In this document: positions 7,192-16,059 of the stretch, piece by piece
Position numbering within the stretch: position 1 is the first letter of the stretch
How the letters are laid out: every line of letters begins with the position of its first letter
IMG/VR virus record: IMGVR_UViG_3300033067_001707
Span: 1-27,279 of that record
Origin: a virus
Lineage: Duplodnaviria; Caudoviricetes
Length of the DNA stretch: 27,279 nucleotides
Direction: 5' to 3' (one strand)
Notes under the pieces: model-generated
Told to the model about the DNA's origin: nothing
Seen by the model: only the letters and a program-made list of their open reading frames with translations
The model's database searches: none
Position numbers and translations under genes: made by a program

Positions 7192-10152
7192 TCACCTGTC
7201 ACCTTCCAGGGGCATGCCGGGGCGGCGGCCGTAGCGCTGCTGGGCGCGCTCGCTCCAGCTCGGGATGGGGCGGAACACCGGCAGGCGTTCGGCCGGGCGA
7301 TCCGGCACCGTCACGGTGCTGGGCGGCATGTCGCTGCCCTGCGCCACACCGGGCGGCATGGTTTGCGGCAGCAGGAAATCCACCACGCCATCCAGGACGG
7401 TGGTGTAGGGGTCGAAGCTGGGGTGGCTCATGGCGCGCAGGAAGCGCTGGCGGTCGATGATGCGCGGCGGCGGCTGGGCGCCGGGCTGGTCGGCCGCGGC
7501 CTGTGGGGCGCCGCCGGCCAGCGCCTCGCCGGCGCGCGGCAGGTGTTCGAACAGCACTTCGATGGGCCGGCCATCGGCGCGCATGATGTTGACGATGGCG
7601 CCGCCGGCGCTGCGGCCTACCAGCACCGCGCCGCTGCCATCGGCGTTGTTGATCCAGAAACCGCGGCGGGCGGCGCTGGCGGTGGCATCGCGCAACTCGG
7701 CCTCCTGGGCGGAGGGGCGCAAGGGATCGTGCAGCGGCACGATATCGCCGGGCTGGATCGCGCTGCGCACCTGGGCCAGCGCGGTTTCGATGCGGCCGGC
7801 CTGGCCCTTGGGCACCAGCATGGTCGGCGTGTCGAAAATCCAGCCGCTGCCGTCATCACCGGCCGGTTCCCACTTGTGGCCGATCACGTCGTTGTAGGCG
7901 TTCTTGGCCGCCTGGCTGGCGGTTTCGCCGCGGATCACGCGCATGCGGGCGATCGTCTCCACCGATCGGCGCACGCTGTCGAACATGGCCAGGCCGCCGG
8001 GATGGTGGCTGGTGACGGTGCGCAGGTCGGCCAGCTGGCTATCGAGCTCGCCGCGCAGGTTCTTGTTCTCGCCCTCCGGCATCGCCTTCAACACGGCATC
8101 GGGGCCGCCGCGCTGCGCTTCGAACACCAGCGCCTGCTGCAGCAGCGCGCGGCCCTGCGCCTGCTCCGGGCGGTCCATGCCGGCGAAGGCGATCCATTCC
8201 CAGCCGATCTTCTCGTGCTTCACCAGCTCGCCCAGCGCGGTGTTGAACAGGGCGGCGCCGGTGGCACGGCGGGCCGGGTCGGGATCGTCGGCGCCGAAGG
8301 TGCGCGCCATGCCGGCCAGGGTGGCGCCCATGTCGGCCTTGTCCGGCCCGGTGGTGCGCAGCAGCTGCGCCATCTGGCCGGCCTGGTCGTTGGTCAGCAG
8401 GCGGCGGCCGGCGCTGCTCTGCCCCATGCGCGCCTGCACGGCGATGCCGGCCGCGATCAGCTGCTGCGGCGTGCCGCCGGCCTTGGCCAGGGCCTGCACT
8501 TCCGGCGCCGTCATGGCGTAGCCCATGGCGTCGTCCTTCAGGGCCGTCATCACGCGCTGGCGGGCCTGGTCGAAGTGCTGCACGGCCGCGCGGCGCTCGG
8601 CGGCCATGTGCGGGTCGGCCGGGTTGCCGGCGATGCGGGCGCGCAGCGCCTCCTGGTCGGCCGGGCTGGCGTAGGCGGCGGCCTTGATGGCATCGCCGGC
8701 GGTGCGGGCGATGGCCAGCTCGTCTATGTGGCGCTGGCCCACTTCCGGCCCGAACAGCTGGCGGATGCGCGCCTCCGGCGCCGCGGTGCCGGTTTCGCCC
8801 TGTAGGTAGGTGGCCTTGAGGTCGTTGAGCTGCTGGCCCAGCAGCGCGCGCTCTTGCCCCTGCTGCGCTTCCAGGTGGTTGAACCATTGTTCCACCAGCG
8901 CTTCGCGGTGGAGCTGGCGGGTCAGCGGCAGCCCAGCCGCATCCTGGCGCACCGCGTCGAGCACCACCTGGCGGCCGTTGCCGCCGGCCAGGAGGGTGGC
9001 ATAGCCGGCGCGGCGGCGTTCTTCGGTGGCGGTATCGCGCGGGCGCAGGTAGCGCGTGCTGGCCACGCGTGCCGCTTCTTCCGGCGTGCGGGTGGCGGAC
9101 AGCGCATCGCCGGCGGCCTTCTCGCTGCCGCGCAGCTCCGCCACCACGAAATCCAGCTGCTGGGCCAGGGTGGGGTTGTCGCCATATTGCGCGCGCAGCG
9201 CGGCCAGGCGGCTGTCGTTCCACTGCATCAGGTGGAAGCTCCGGCCGCCATCGCCCGGGCGCACGTTGGGATCGGCGCCGCTTTCCTGCACCGCGTTGGC
9301 GGCCAGGCCCTGCGCCACGTGCTGGGGCAGGCCGCGCTCCATCAGCCCCTGCACCACGGCTTGCGCGCGCGTGCGGGTATCGTCCGGCAGGGACAGGCGC
9401 AGCGTTACCGCGTCCTCGTCCTGCCGGCGCTCCACGGGGCTGCGCAGGGTGGTCGTGAGGCTGGCGACGGTGCCGGCGTCCATCTCGCCCTTGAACCGGT
9501 CCAGCATGGCCTGGGCCCCCACGGGATCGCTGGCGGCCTTGATGGTGATGGCCTGGGCGATGGCGCGGGTGAAGATCACGGGCGCGTCGTGCTGCTGGAA
9601 GATGCCAGCGCGCACGTTGCCGGCGATGCCCTGCTTCAGGGCTTCCAGGTGCTGCAGCAGCTGGGGCTCGTCGCGGGCGGCGGCGATGCCCTGGGCCTGG
9701 GCGCCGAAGGCGTCGGCCGCCTGGCCCTGCAGGTTCTTCACGTGGCGCGCGTGCGCATCCACGATCACCTGGCGGTAGAGCGTGGGCATGTAGCTGTCTA
9801 TGTGGCGCGCGACATAGCCGGCCACGGGGCCGGGCAGGTCTTTCAGCGCCGCCTGCTTCCATTCGGCCGCGGCCTGTTCGAAGCGCTGCGGCACGGTGGC
9901 GGGGTCTGGATCCTGCGCGAAGCCCAGCTGCAGGTCGGTGGCTGACTTGGAGATTTGCGCCCAGGCGGCGGTGGCTGCGTTCACCGTCTTGGCCTGCTCG
10001 GCCTGAGCCCATAGCGGGATGAAGTGGCCGGCCACCTGGGCCATGCCCTGGGCGAGCGTGTCGGACACCAGGCTGGCGGCGCGCGGGTCCGGCGCTGGCG
10101 CGGTCAGCGGCAGGCCCGGGGCGCCGTAGCTCTCTCTGCTGCTGTAGCTCAT
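7192..10152 (-). CDS. Internal virion protein with phage tail lysozyme (muralytic) domain (986 aa)
   Basis: At about 9040-9350: RGLPQHVAQGLAANAVQESGADP...GDGGRSFHLMQWNDSR...QQLDFVVAEL...RYLRP, a Phage_lysozyme2-type signature with the putative catalytic Glu in QES. Confidence 0.8.
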   Translation of the reverse strand: MSYSSRESYGAPGLPLTAPAPDPRAASLVSDTLAQGMAQVAGHFIPLWAQAEQAKTVNAATAAWAQISKSATDLQLGFAQDPDPATVPQRFEQAAAEWKQAALKDLPGPVAGYVARHIDSYMPTLYRQVIVDAHARHVKNLQGQAADAFGAQAQGIAAARDEPQLLQHLEALKQGIAGNVRAGIFQQHDAPVIFTRAIAQAITIKAASDPVGAQAMLDRFKGEMDAGTVASLTTTLRSPVERRQDEDAVTLRLSLPDDTRTRAQAVVQGLMERGLPQHVAQGLAANAVQESGADPNVRPGDGGRSFHLMQWNDSRLAALRAQYGDNPTLAQQLDFVVAELRGSEKAAGDALSATRTPEEAARVASTRYLRPRDTATEERRRAGYATLLAGGNGRQVVLDAVRQDAAGLPLTRQLHREALVEQWFNHLEAQQGQERALLGQQLNDLKATYLQGETGTAAPEARIRQLFGPEVGQRHIDELAIARTAGDAIKAAAYASPADQEALRARIAGNPADPHMAAERRAAVQHFDQARQRVMTALKDDAMGYAMTAPEVQALAKAGGTPQQLIAAGIAVQARMGQSSAGRRLLTNDQAGQMAQLLRTTGPDKADMGATLAGMARTFGADDPDPARRATGAALFNTALGELVKHEKIGWEWIAFAGMDRPEQAQGRALLQQALVFEAQRGGPDAVLKAMPEGENKNLRGELDSQLADLRTVTSHHPGGLAMFDSVRRSVETIARMRVIRGETASQAAKNAYNDVIGHKWEPAGDDGSGWIFDTPTMLVPKGQAGRIETALAQVRSAIQPGDIVPLHDPLRPSAQEAELRDATASAARRGFWINNADGSGAVLVGRSAGGAIVNIMRADGRPIEVLFEHLPRAGEALAGGAPQAAADQPGAQPPPRIIDRQRFLRAMSHPSFDPYTTVLDGVVDFLLPQTMPPGVAQGSDMPPSTVTVPDRPAERLPVFRPIPSWSERAQQRYGRRPGMPLEGDR

Positions 10153-10700
10153 GCCGGGTAGCTCTGCTGGCCGTAGGGCGCTGGCGCCTGCATGCGAAGC
10201 TGCGCGCTGCCGTACTGCGCGAGGCCGCCCAGCAGGGTGGTGCCGGCGCGGATGAAGCCGGCGGTGCCGGCACTGTCGGCGGCGCTGTCGGCGAAGGCGG
10301 CCTGGGCGTCCAGCGTGCTGGCCTGGCTCAGGGCGGCATTCGCGCCGGCCTTGCCTTTCCAGCGTTGGATCTGCGCATCCAAGGCGCCTTCGGCGGCGAT
10401 ATCGCCCATCAGGTCCAGCGGGCTGCCATAGGTGGGATCGCCGCCGCTGGCCGCGGCCTGGTTGAAGGCGGTGGCCACGCGGCGGCGGGTGTTGCCCTGG
10501 GTGCGCGCGGCCTCGGCCTCCGCCTGGTTCAGCTGCATCGCGGCGTTGATGCGGGCCTGCTCGGCGCGGGTGCGATCGGCCGCGGCCTGCTGCTCGTACG
10601 CCGCGGCCTGCTGCTGGCCGCCCATGATGGAGCTGATGGCGGAAACGCCCGCGCTGGCGGCGGCCAGGTAGGGCGCGGCGAGGATCAGCGTTTCAGCCAT
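10149..10700 (-). CDS. Small internal virion protein, T7 gp14-like (183 aa)
   Basis: Ala/Gln-rich with hydrophobic N- and C-terminal patches, an AASGG..GSPLD motif, and canonical position. Confidence 0.7.
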   Translation of the reverse strand: MAETLILAAPYLAAASAGVSAISSIMGGQQQAAAYEQQAAADRTRAEQARINAAMQLNQAEAEAARTQGNTRRRVATAFNQAAASGGDPTYGSPLDLMGDIAAEGALDAQIQRWKGKAGANAALSQASTLDAQAAFADSAADSAGTAGFIRAGTTLLGGLAQYGSAQLRMQAPAPYGQQSYPA

Positions 10701-11127
10701 GGGTGCCCACCTGTGCCCAGCGGTCATAATCGGCGCCGTCGTGGCCGTAGCCGGGCATGATGCCTTCGGGCCGGAAGCCCAGCAGCGCCAGCCATTTCGC
10801 GCCGGGTTCCCAGCCGGTGAGGGTTTCGGCCTCGATCCGGCGCAGGCCCAGCTCGCGGCGCGCTTCGGCCAGGCCGCGGCGCACGCGCTTGGTGAGCCAC
10901 GGCCAGGCGGCGGCGGGAAAGTCGGCGCCCATCACGCACCAGCAGCCGGCGCGGCCGGGCCAGTGCAGCACCAGGCCGGCGCAGGCCAGCACCTGGCCGT
11001 CGCGCAGCGCGGTCCAGCACGGGCCGGCCAGCGGCAGGCTGGCGGCGGCCTGGACCATGGGTGCTGCGATCGGCACGCGGGTGCGGATGCGATGCAGGTC
11101 CAGGGGCTCAAAATCCCGAACGATCAT
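10693..11127 (-). CDS. GNAT-fold protein at the T7 gp13 position (144 aa)
   Basis: DGQVLACAG...LRRIEAE...[16 protein letters not shown]-like pattern; lies between nozzle and gp14-like gene; ATGA overlap. Confidence 0.7.
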   Translation of the reverse strand: MIVRDFEPLDLHRIRTRVPIAAPMVQAAASLPLAGPCWTALRDGQVLACAGLVLHWPGRAGCWCVMGADFPAAAWPWLTKRVRRGLAEARRELGLRRIEAETLTGWEPGAKWLALLGFRPEGIMPGYGHDGADYDRWAQVGTHG

Positions 11128-12884
11128 TGCGCCTCTACCTCCTGGATCAGGGCCAACAGGGAGAAGGGCAGGGGCTCGTCGTGCACGATATCCAGCTGGC
11201 CGGTGCCCCAGCGGCTGCGCGGGCTCACGGCATAGTCGCCGCTGAACAGCGGCACGGGGGCGCCCAGGGCATCCACCTGGCGGCGGTAGGCCAGGGCTTC
11301 GAAGTCCATGCCCAGGCCCGCCACGCTGCCGCCGCCGCTGTGCAGCAGGCGCAGCGTGGCGCGCGGCGTGCGCTTCTTGCTGCCCTGGCTGGTGGTGCCG
11401 CCGGGCTTGGCCACTTCCGGTTCCAGGGTCAGCACGCGGGCGCGATACGGCAGGCCCACGTGCACGGTGCTGGCGGCCGGGCCGGTGATCGCCACGCTGC
11501 CGCTGGCCACCACCTGGCTTTGCCGCACGCTGCCATCGGCGACGATGGCCACGGTTTCGCCTTCCAGGTGATCCAGGCCGGCCACGGTGTTGATGGCGGT
11601 GGCGCTGTCCAGCGTCAGCCCGGCATCCACCAGGAAGGCGTCGGTGGCGTCCTCCACTTCGCCGTCGAAGGGGTCGCGCAGCCATTCCATATACCGCACC
11701 GTGGCGCCGCCGATGGTGCGCGCCATGGCCAGGTAGAGGTCGCTGCTGGTGCCATCGGGATCGGGCACTGATGCGATGCTTTCCACCGTGGCGCCCGGGA
11801 ATGCCAGCAGGGTCCAGGCGCGCATCTTCTGGTCGGCGTCCAGCGTCAGCGCCGCCACCTTGCCATCGGGGCGCAGGCCGTAGAACGTGCCGCCCGGCAG
11901 GTCGGCATAGGCGGTTTCCAGGAAGCCGCCGCCGGTGATCTGCGCCGCCAGCGCCGTGAGGTCGGGGCTAATGTAGCGGTCCAGCTGGAAGTCGTACTCG
12001 AGCTGGCGCAGTTTCTTGCCGCCGCGCTGGGGGAACAGCACCAAGCCGGACACGCGGGTGGGCGTGGCGCCGGAGTGGCTGCCGCGATCGCCCTGGGGAT
12101 CGGCGCCGATGTTGCCGGGGGCCAGGGCGCCGTTGCGGTTCACGGGGGCAATGAGGAATTCGCCGCTGGCGGTGCCGGCCAGCAGGCCGCGCGGGGCGGG
12201 CACCAGCCAGCGCGCGGAGTTCACCTGGTCGGTGTCGATGCTGTAGGCGATGGCGTTGGTATCGAGCACGCTGCCGTCGGGCTCGGTGGGCGACATGCTT
12301 TCGAAGTCGCCGGTTTCGCTGGCCCATAGGGTCTGCGGCTTGGTGGTGGTGCCGAACAGCCAAAGCCTGCCCTTGTAGAATGTGCCGGCGATCGGCCAGC
12401 CGCGCGCATCGCTGAATTCGCCCATGCGCCAGCGCAGGCTGGCGCTGGTGGCGGCGAAGGGCCCGCGCGGGTGAATGGTCACGTCCACCACGGTGGAGCT
12501 GGTGAAGCCGGTGATGGTCGCCCAGCCCCATACATGCCGGCCGGGCCCGAGGTATTTCAGCACCGCGGTGCCGTCCAGCACGGTGGGGCCCACTTCGTTC
12601 GGCACGTTGAGGTCGTAGTCCGGCGTGGTGCCGGCCATGCTGGCCGCCGCGGTGGCGCCCGCCTTGGTGACGCGGTAGAGGCGCGGCACCTGGTTGTATT
12701 CGGCGATCAGCAGCTGGCCGGCGGTGTAGGCGGTGCTGGCGGCGCGGGTGGTGTTACACTTGTGCAGGATGCCGATCAGCCGGCCCACGTCGTCGGCCGT
12801 GAACAGGGCCGCGCTGGCGGTGACGGTGGCGGCACCGGAGGCATGCGCCACGCTGGGCGTGAGGGTGATGGATGTATCGGCCAT
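11124..12884 (-). CDS. Tail nozzle (tail tubular protein B-like), C-terminal part (586 aa)
   Basis: GWPIAGTFYKGRLW, PQTLWASETGDF, VLFPQRGGKKLR and GLDHLEGETV...HVGLPY are motifs of gp12/P22 gp10-like nozzles; the family N-terminus is missing. Confidence 0.85.
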   Translation of the reverse strand: MADTSITLTPSVAHASGAATVTASAALFTADDVGRLIGILHKCNTTRAASTAYTAGQLLIAEYNQVPRLYRVTKAGATAAASMAGTTPDYDLNVPNEVGPTVLDGTAVLKYLGPGRHVWGWATITGFTSSTVVDVTIHPRGPFAATSASLRWRMGEFSDARGWPIAGTFYKGRLWLFGTTTKPQTLWASETGDFESMSPTEPDGSVLDTNAIAYSIDTDQVNSARWLVPAPRGLLAGTASGEFLIAPVNRNGALAPGNIGADPQGDRGSHSGATPTRVSGLVLFPQRGGKKLRQLEYDFQLDRYISPDLTALAAQITGGGFLETAYADLPGGTFYGLRPDGKVAALTLDADQKMRAWTLLAFPGATVESIASVPDPDGTSSDLYLAMARTIGGATVRYMEWLRDPFDGEVEDATDAFLVDAGLTLDSATAINTVAGLDHLEGETVAIVADGSVRQSQVVASGSVAITGPAASTVHVGLPYRARVLTLEPEVAKPGGTTSQGSKKRTPRATLRLLHSGGGSVAGLGMDFEALAYRRQVDALGAPVPLFSGDYAVSPRSRWGTGQLDIVHDEPLPFSLLALIQEVEAQ

Positions 12885-13510
12885 CAGGGACCGGCCCCGC
12901 CGCCTTCGGCGCCCGCGTAGGGGTCGGGCCCGTCGCCGTAGCCGCTGCCGGTCGGCGCCGGTTCCTCCGTGCCGCTTTCGGTGCCGGAGCTGCTGCTGCT
13001 GGGCGCGGCGGCTCCCACGTCGCCGGTGTTCTCGGCATCGAACGGCCCGTTTTCGAAGGCAACGGGGGTGAGCGCGAACACGCCGGCGGCGCTGCGGGTG
13101 ATCTTCCGCGTTTGGTAGCTGCCGTGGAACACATAGGCCACATCAGCCGATTGGGTGAATTTCAGGTCGCGCAGGTCGGCCAGCACGTAGGGGGTGGTGA
13201 CTTCCTGCGGCACGCCGGCGGCCAGCACCTGGGCATGGTTGCGCCACACGCGGAAATAGAGGTCGCCGAATTCCAGCACGTAGGCCACCACGTTGCTGAC
13301 GATGAATGGCACCAGGCGCGCGCGATCGGCCTTGATGCCGCCGGCGTAGTAGGTGCCGGAGCGCTTCGTCACGCCGCCTTCGGGCAGCACCAGCACGTTG
13401 GTCAGTTCCTCCGCGCCGGCCTGGTATTGCTGCAGGTCCACACGGCCGCGCAGGCGGCGGGAGAGGATGCCGGCGGCGAAGCTCGTCTGGATGGTGGTTG
13501 AAGCTGCCAT
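12884..13510 (-). CDS. Tail nozzle, N-terminal part, encoded as a separate ORF (208 aa)
   Basis: QTSFAAGILS..L.GRVDL..Y..G...N....PEGG..KRSGT and FTQSADV are the usual nozzle N-terminal motifs; the ORF ends in a Ser/Gly/Glu-rich tail and TGATG. Confidence 0.8.
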   Translation of the reverse strand: MAASTTIQTSFAAGILSRRLRGRVDLQQYQAGAEELTNVLVLPEGGVTKRSGTYYAGGIKADRARLVPFIVSNVVAYVLEFGDLYFRVWRNHAQVLAAGVPQEVTTPYVLADLRDLKFTQSADVAYVFHGSYQTRKITRSAAGVFALTPVAFENGPFDAENTGDVGAAAPSSSSSGTESGTEEPAPTGSGYGDGPDPYAGAEGGGAGP

Positions 13511-13515
13511 CAGTA

Positions 13516-13540
13516 GCGCCTCGCGCTTCGCTGCCGGCGC
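13516..13540 (-). repeat. Structured repeat copy 2 (intergenic)
   Basis: Minus: GCGCC GGCA GC-GAA-GC GCGA GGCGC. Confidence 0.85.
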
Positions 13541-13544
13541 GCCA

Positions 13545-14120
13545 TCAGGCCCTCGCGTTGATGAAGGCGTCGGCCGGGGCGTATTGCGGCTTGGGCGTGC
13601 CTTCGGCGGCGTCCACCTGGCGGGCCAGGCGGCGGGCGGTTTCCAGCTCGTTGGCGATGCGGGCCGCCTGTTCCTTGCTGGCGCTGAGCGGGATGCACAG
13701 GCGTTCGGCCAGCATCGCGGCCACCAGGCGGATGAACAGCGGGGCCCAGGCGCCGGGCTCCTGGTGGCGCCGGATGTATTGGATGTTCAGCGGCGCATCC
13801 ATGTTGCACAGGAGCAGGTCGCCTTCGCGCTCCCACGGTTCGTGGGGATCGTCGCTCTCGATCGCCAGCACGCGCAGGCAATCCGCCGGCACCTGGAATT
13901 GCGCGGTCCATTCGAAGGCGGGCGCGGTGGGGCTGGCGGCCAGGCTGGCGCGGCGCTTGGCGAAATTCCAGGGATGCAGCGCCAGCGCTTCGTCGCGCAC
14001 CTGCGGCATGAATTCGCCGCACAAGCTGGCTTCCTTGCTGGTGTCCGTGTCCAGGCTGACGATCCGTTCGTCACCCACCATGGCCAGCGCCAGATTGGCG
14101 ATTTCTGTCAGGCTGAGCAC
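13545..14120 (-). CDS. Tail adaptor (tail tubular protein A-like, 191 aa)
   Basis: EIANLALAMVG...HPWNFA...PADCLRV motifs; GGAGG RBS before a GTG start. Confidence 0.85.
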   Translation of the reverse strand: MLSLTEIANLALAMVGDERIVSLDTDTSKEASLCGEFMPQVRDEALALHPWNFAKRRASLAASPTAPAFEWTAQFQVPADCLRVLAIESDDPHEPWEREGDLLLCNMDAPLNIQYIRRHQEPGAWAPLFIRLVAAMLAERLCIPLSASKEQAARIANELETARRLARQVDAAEGTPKPQYAPADAFINARA

Positions 14121-14139
14121 TGTGTCTGCCTCCGGCGGC

Positions 14140-14168
14140 TGCCTCGCGGGGCTGCGCCCCTGCCGGCA
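14140..14168 (-). repeat. Structured repeat copy 3 (intergenic)
   Basis: Minus: TGCC GGCA GGGGC-GCA-GCCCC GCGA GGCA. Confidence 0.85.
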
Positions 14169-14244
14169 TCAGATGGGGTAGGCGCCGCCCGCGGGTCCCC
14201 GCTAGGTCGCGGGCGGCCGACGCAGGGGAAGGAGGAACTTTCCC

Positions 14245-14742
14245 CTACGGCGTGGTGTAGCGAATGCGGAAGCTGAGCGTGCCGGCGGCGGCGGCGGCGG
14301 CGGTCAGTGTCAGCGCGATATCGTACATGCGCTGGCTGTCGGTGGTGAGCCCGGCATCCTCAAACACGCGCTTTTCGATGTTCGCGATGTCCTTCGCCTC
14401 GAACTGCACGTTGATGCCGGTGGTGTTGGCGCTGGCGATGCTCTGCGCGGTGGCATAGCAGCCCACGGCCACCACGGCACCGCCGTTGTCGGTGGTCTGA
14501 TACAGCCCCACGTCGCCGGCGGCGCTGGTGATGGCATCGCAGAACAGCGTGATCTCGTCGATGATCGCGCCGCTGGGCACCTGCGCCATGCGGAAGATGC
14601 TGGCGATGCTGTCGCCGTTGGCGAGTTCGAAGGTGCCACGCACCACCGACTGGTTGCCGCCGGAGATATGCGGCGGGTTGTTGATGCGGGGCGAGCTGTC
14701 GCGGTTGGTAAGCGCGGTGCTCTTGCGGTCCACAACGGCCAT
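14245..14742 (-). CDS. Putative capsid cement/decoration protein (165 aa)
   Basis: Beta-rich protein directly after the capsid gene; GGAGG RBS; function assigned from position only. Confidence 0.55.
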   Translation of the reverse strand: MAVVDRKSTALTNRDSSPRINNPPHISGGNQSVVRGTFELANGDSIASIFRMAQVPSGAIIDEITLFCDAITSAAGDVGLYQTTDNGGAVVAVGCYATAQSIASANTTGINVQFEAKDIANIEKRVFEDAGLTTDSQRMYDIALTLTAAAAAAGTLSFRIRYTTP

Positions 14743-14785
14743 TTGGGCCTCCTGGAAATGCCGGTGCGAAGCGGCGCAGCGGCGG

Positions 14786-14819
14786 AAAGGTAAAAGGGGC
14801 CTGCATCACGCAGGCCCCT
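14786..14819 (-). terminator. Intrinsic terminator after the major capsid gene
   Basis: Minus strand AGGGGCCTGC-GTGAT-GCAGGCCCCT then TTTACCTTT, starting about 15 nt after the capsid stop. Confidence 0.7.
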
Positions 14820-14834
14820 GGGGTCAGGCGCCGA

Positions 14835-15746
14835 TCAGGCGCAGATGATTTCCACCACGCGGTTCTCTTCCAGCCGCGCCGCGCCGAAATTGTCCTCGGC
14901 GAACACCTGGGTGGTGTAGGAAAGATCCGGGCGCTCGCCGACCGTCAGCTTGCGGTCGCTCGCCTCGCCGATGCCCAGCGCCATGCCGGACTTCTGCCAG
15001 ACCGGGATGCGATACTGGCTGGAGCCGTTCAGCGGCAGGTTCTCGTAGCGGATGAACTGGAAGCCCAGGAAGCGGTCGATCTTGCCTTCCTTCAGCGCCA
15101 TCAGATCGCCGGCGAAGTCGCGGCTGGTGGCCTCCGTGGTGGACAGCAGCTCGCCCCATTGCTTCTTCGTCACGGCGCAGAACGCTTCCGGCAGGTTCTG
15201 GTCGTCCATCTCGTCCACCGCCTCGTAGCCGAACAGCAGCGTGCGCGCCGCGATCAGCTTGGAGATGGTCATTCCGGCGTTGCCTAACCCCGCGCCATAG
15301 GTCCAGTCGTTCACCGCCACCTGGTTGGCGGTGGGAAAGGTCACGCTGGTGCTGCCGTCCTCGCCCGTGCTGGCGCTGGCGAAGAACGCGGCGGCGACCG
15401 CGGCATCCTTGGCGCGGTTCATGGCCGCCACGCCGGCCATCACGTAGTTGCTGGTGGGATCGACCAGCATGCGCACCTTGTCGGGCTGGTCGATCAGGTC
15501 GGCCCACTGGTAGGTGTCCAGGTTGATCCAGCGCCGGCGATGCGGCAGCGGGGTGTAGGGCGTGCGGCCGTGGCGCTCGGTCTTCTTCACGGCCTCGCTC
15601 TGGCCGATCTGGTCCACGCTGGCGCGCTTGCCGGTGATGGGCACGACGGTGACGGCGCGTTCAAAGCGGCTGGGCCGCTGCTGGGCCAGCATCATGAAGT
15701 TGCTGGCATACTGCTGAACGAAGCTGGTGGTGATTTCGAGTGACAT
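14835..15746 (-). CDS. Major capsid protein (303 aa)
   Basis: MSLEITTSFVQQY...LAQQRPSR, DLIDQPDKVRMLVDPTSNY, AMNRAKD, FLGFQFI and GAARLEE..VVEI pattern; follows the scaffold and precedes a terminator. Confidence 0.88.
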   Translation of the reverse strand: MSLEITTSFVQQYASNFMMLAQQRPSRFERAVTVVPITGKRASVDQIGQSEAVKKTERHGRTPYTPLPHRRRWINLDTYQWADLIDQPDKVRMLVDPTSNYVMAGVAAMNRAKDAAVAAAFFASASTGEDGSTSVTFPTANQVAVNDWTYGAGLGNAGMTISKLIAARTLLFGYEAVDEMDDQNLPEAFCAVTKKQWGELLSTTEATSRDFAGDLMALKEGKIDRFLGFQFIRYENLPLNGSSQYRIPVWQKSGMALGIGEASDRKLTVGERPDLSYTTQVFAEDNFGAARLEENRVVEIICA

Positions 15747-16030
15747 GCTGGGGAACCCCCGATCATGCGTTGAGCACAATCGGCTAAGCTCCCCGGCAAT
15801 TTCGTGCTGGCTGGTGGGGGCGGTCAGACGGACGCTTGCGCGCTCCCCGCCGATTTCGGCCCGTCAACGCCGCAGGTCAGCCGGACCCGCGCCTTGCCCC
15901 CTTTTCAGCGGGGCCTTCTCTGGCCGGGCCGGCCGGACGCCCCACGGTTCAAGGTGGCGCGCTCCCCGGCTCCCGGCTGGTGAGTGCAATCGTTGCCACA
16001 CTAGCCGGTCTGCACGCAAGGGGATTGTTT

Positions 16031-16058
16031 GCGCCTCGCGCCCTACGGGCTGCCGGCG
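16031..16058 (-). repeat. Structured repeat copy 4 (intergenic)
   Basis: Minus: CGCC GGCA GCCC-GTA-GGGC GCGA GGCGC. Confidence 0.85.
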
Positions 16059-16059
16059 A

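Noticed and set aside
12880-12895. Programmed +1 frameshift at CCC-TGA fusing the two nozzle ORFs
   Set aside because: The downstream ORF is in the -1 frame and there is no canonical slippery heptamer; translational coupling is the simpler explanation.
14184-14217. GC hairpin after the putative cement gene as a terminator
   Set aside because: A stem is present (CCGCCCGCG/CGCGGGCGG) but there is no U-tract on the coding strand.
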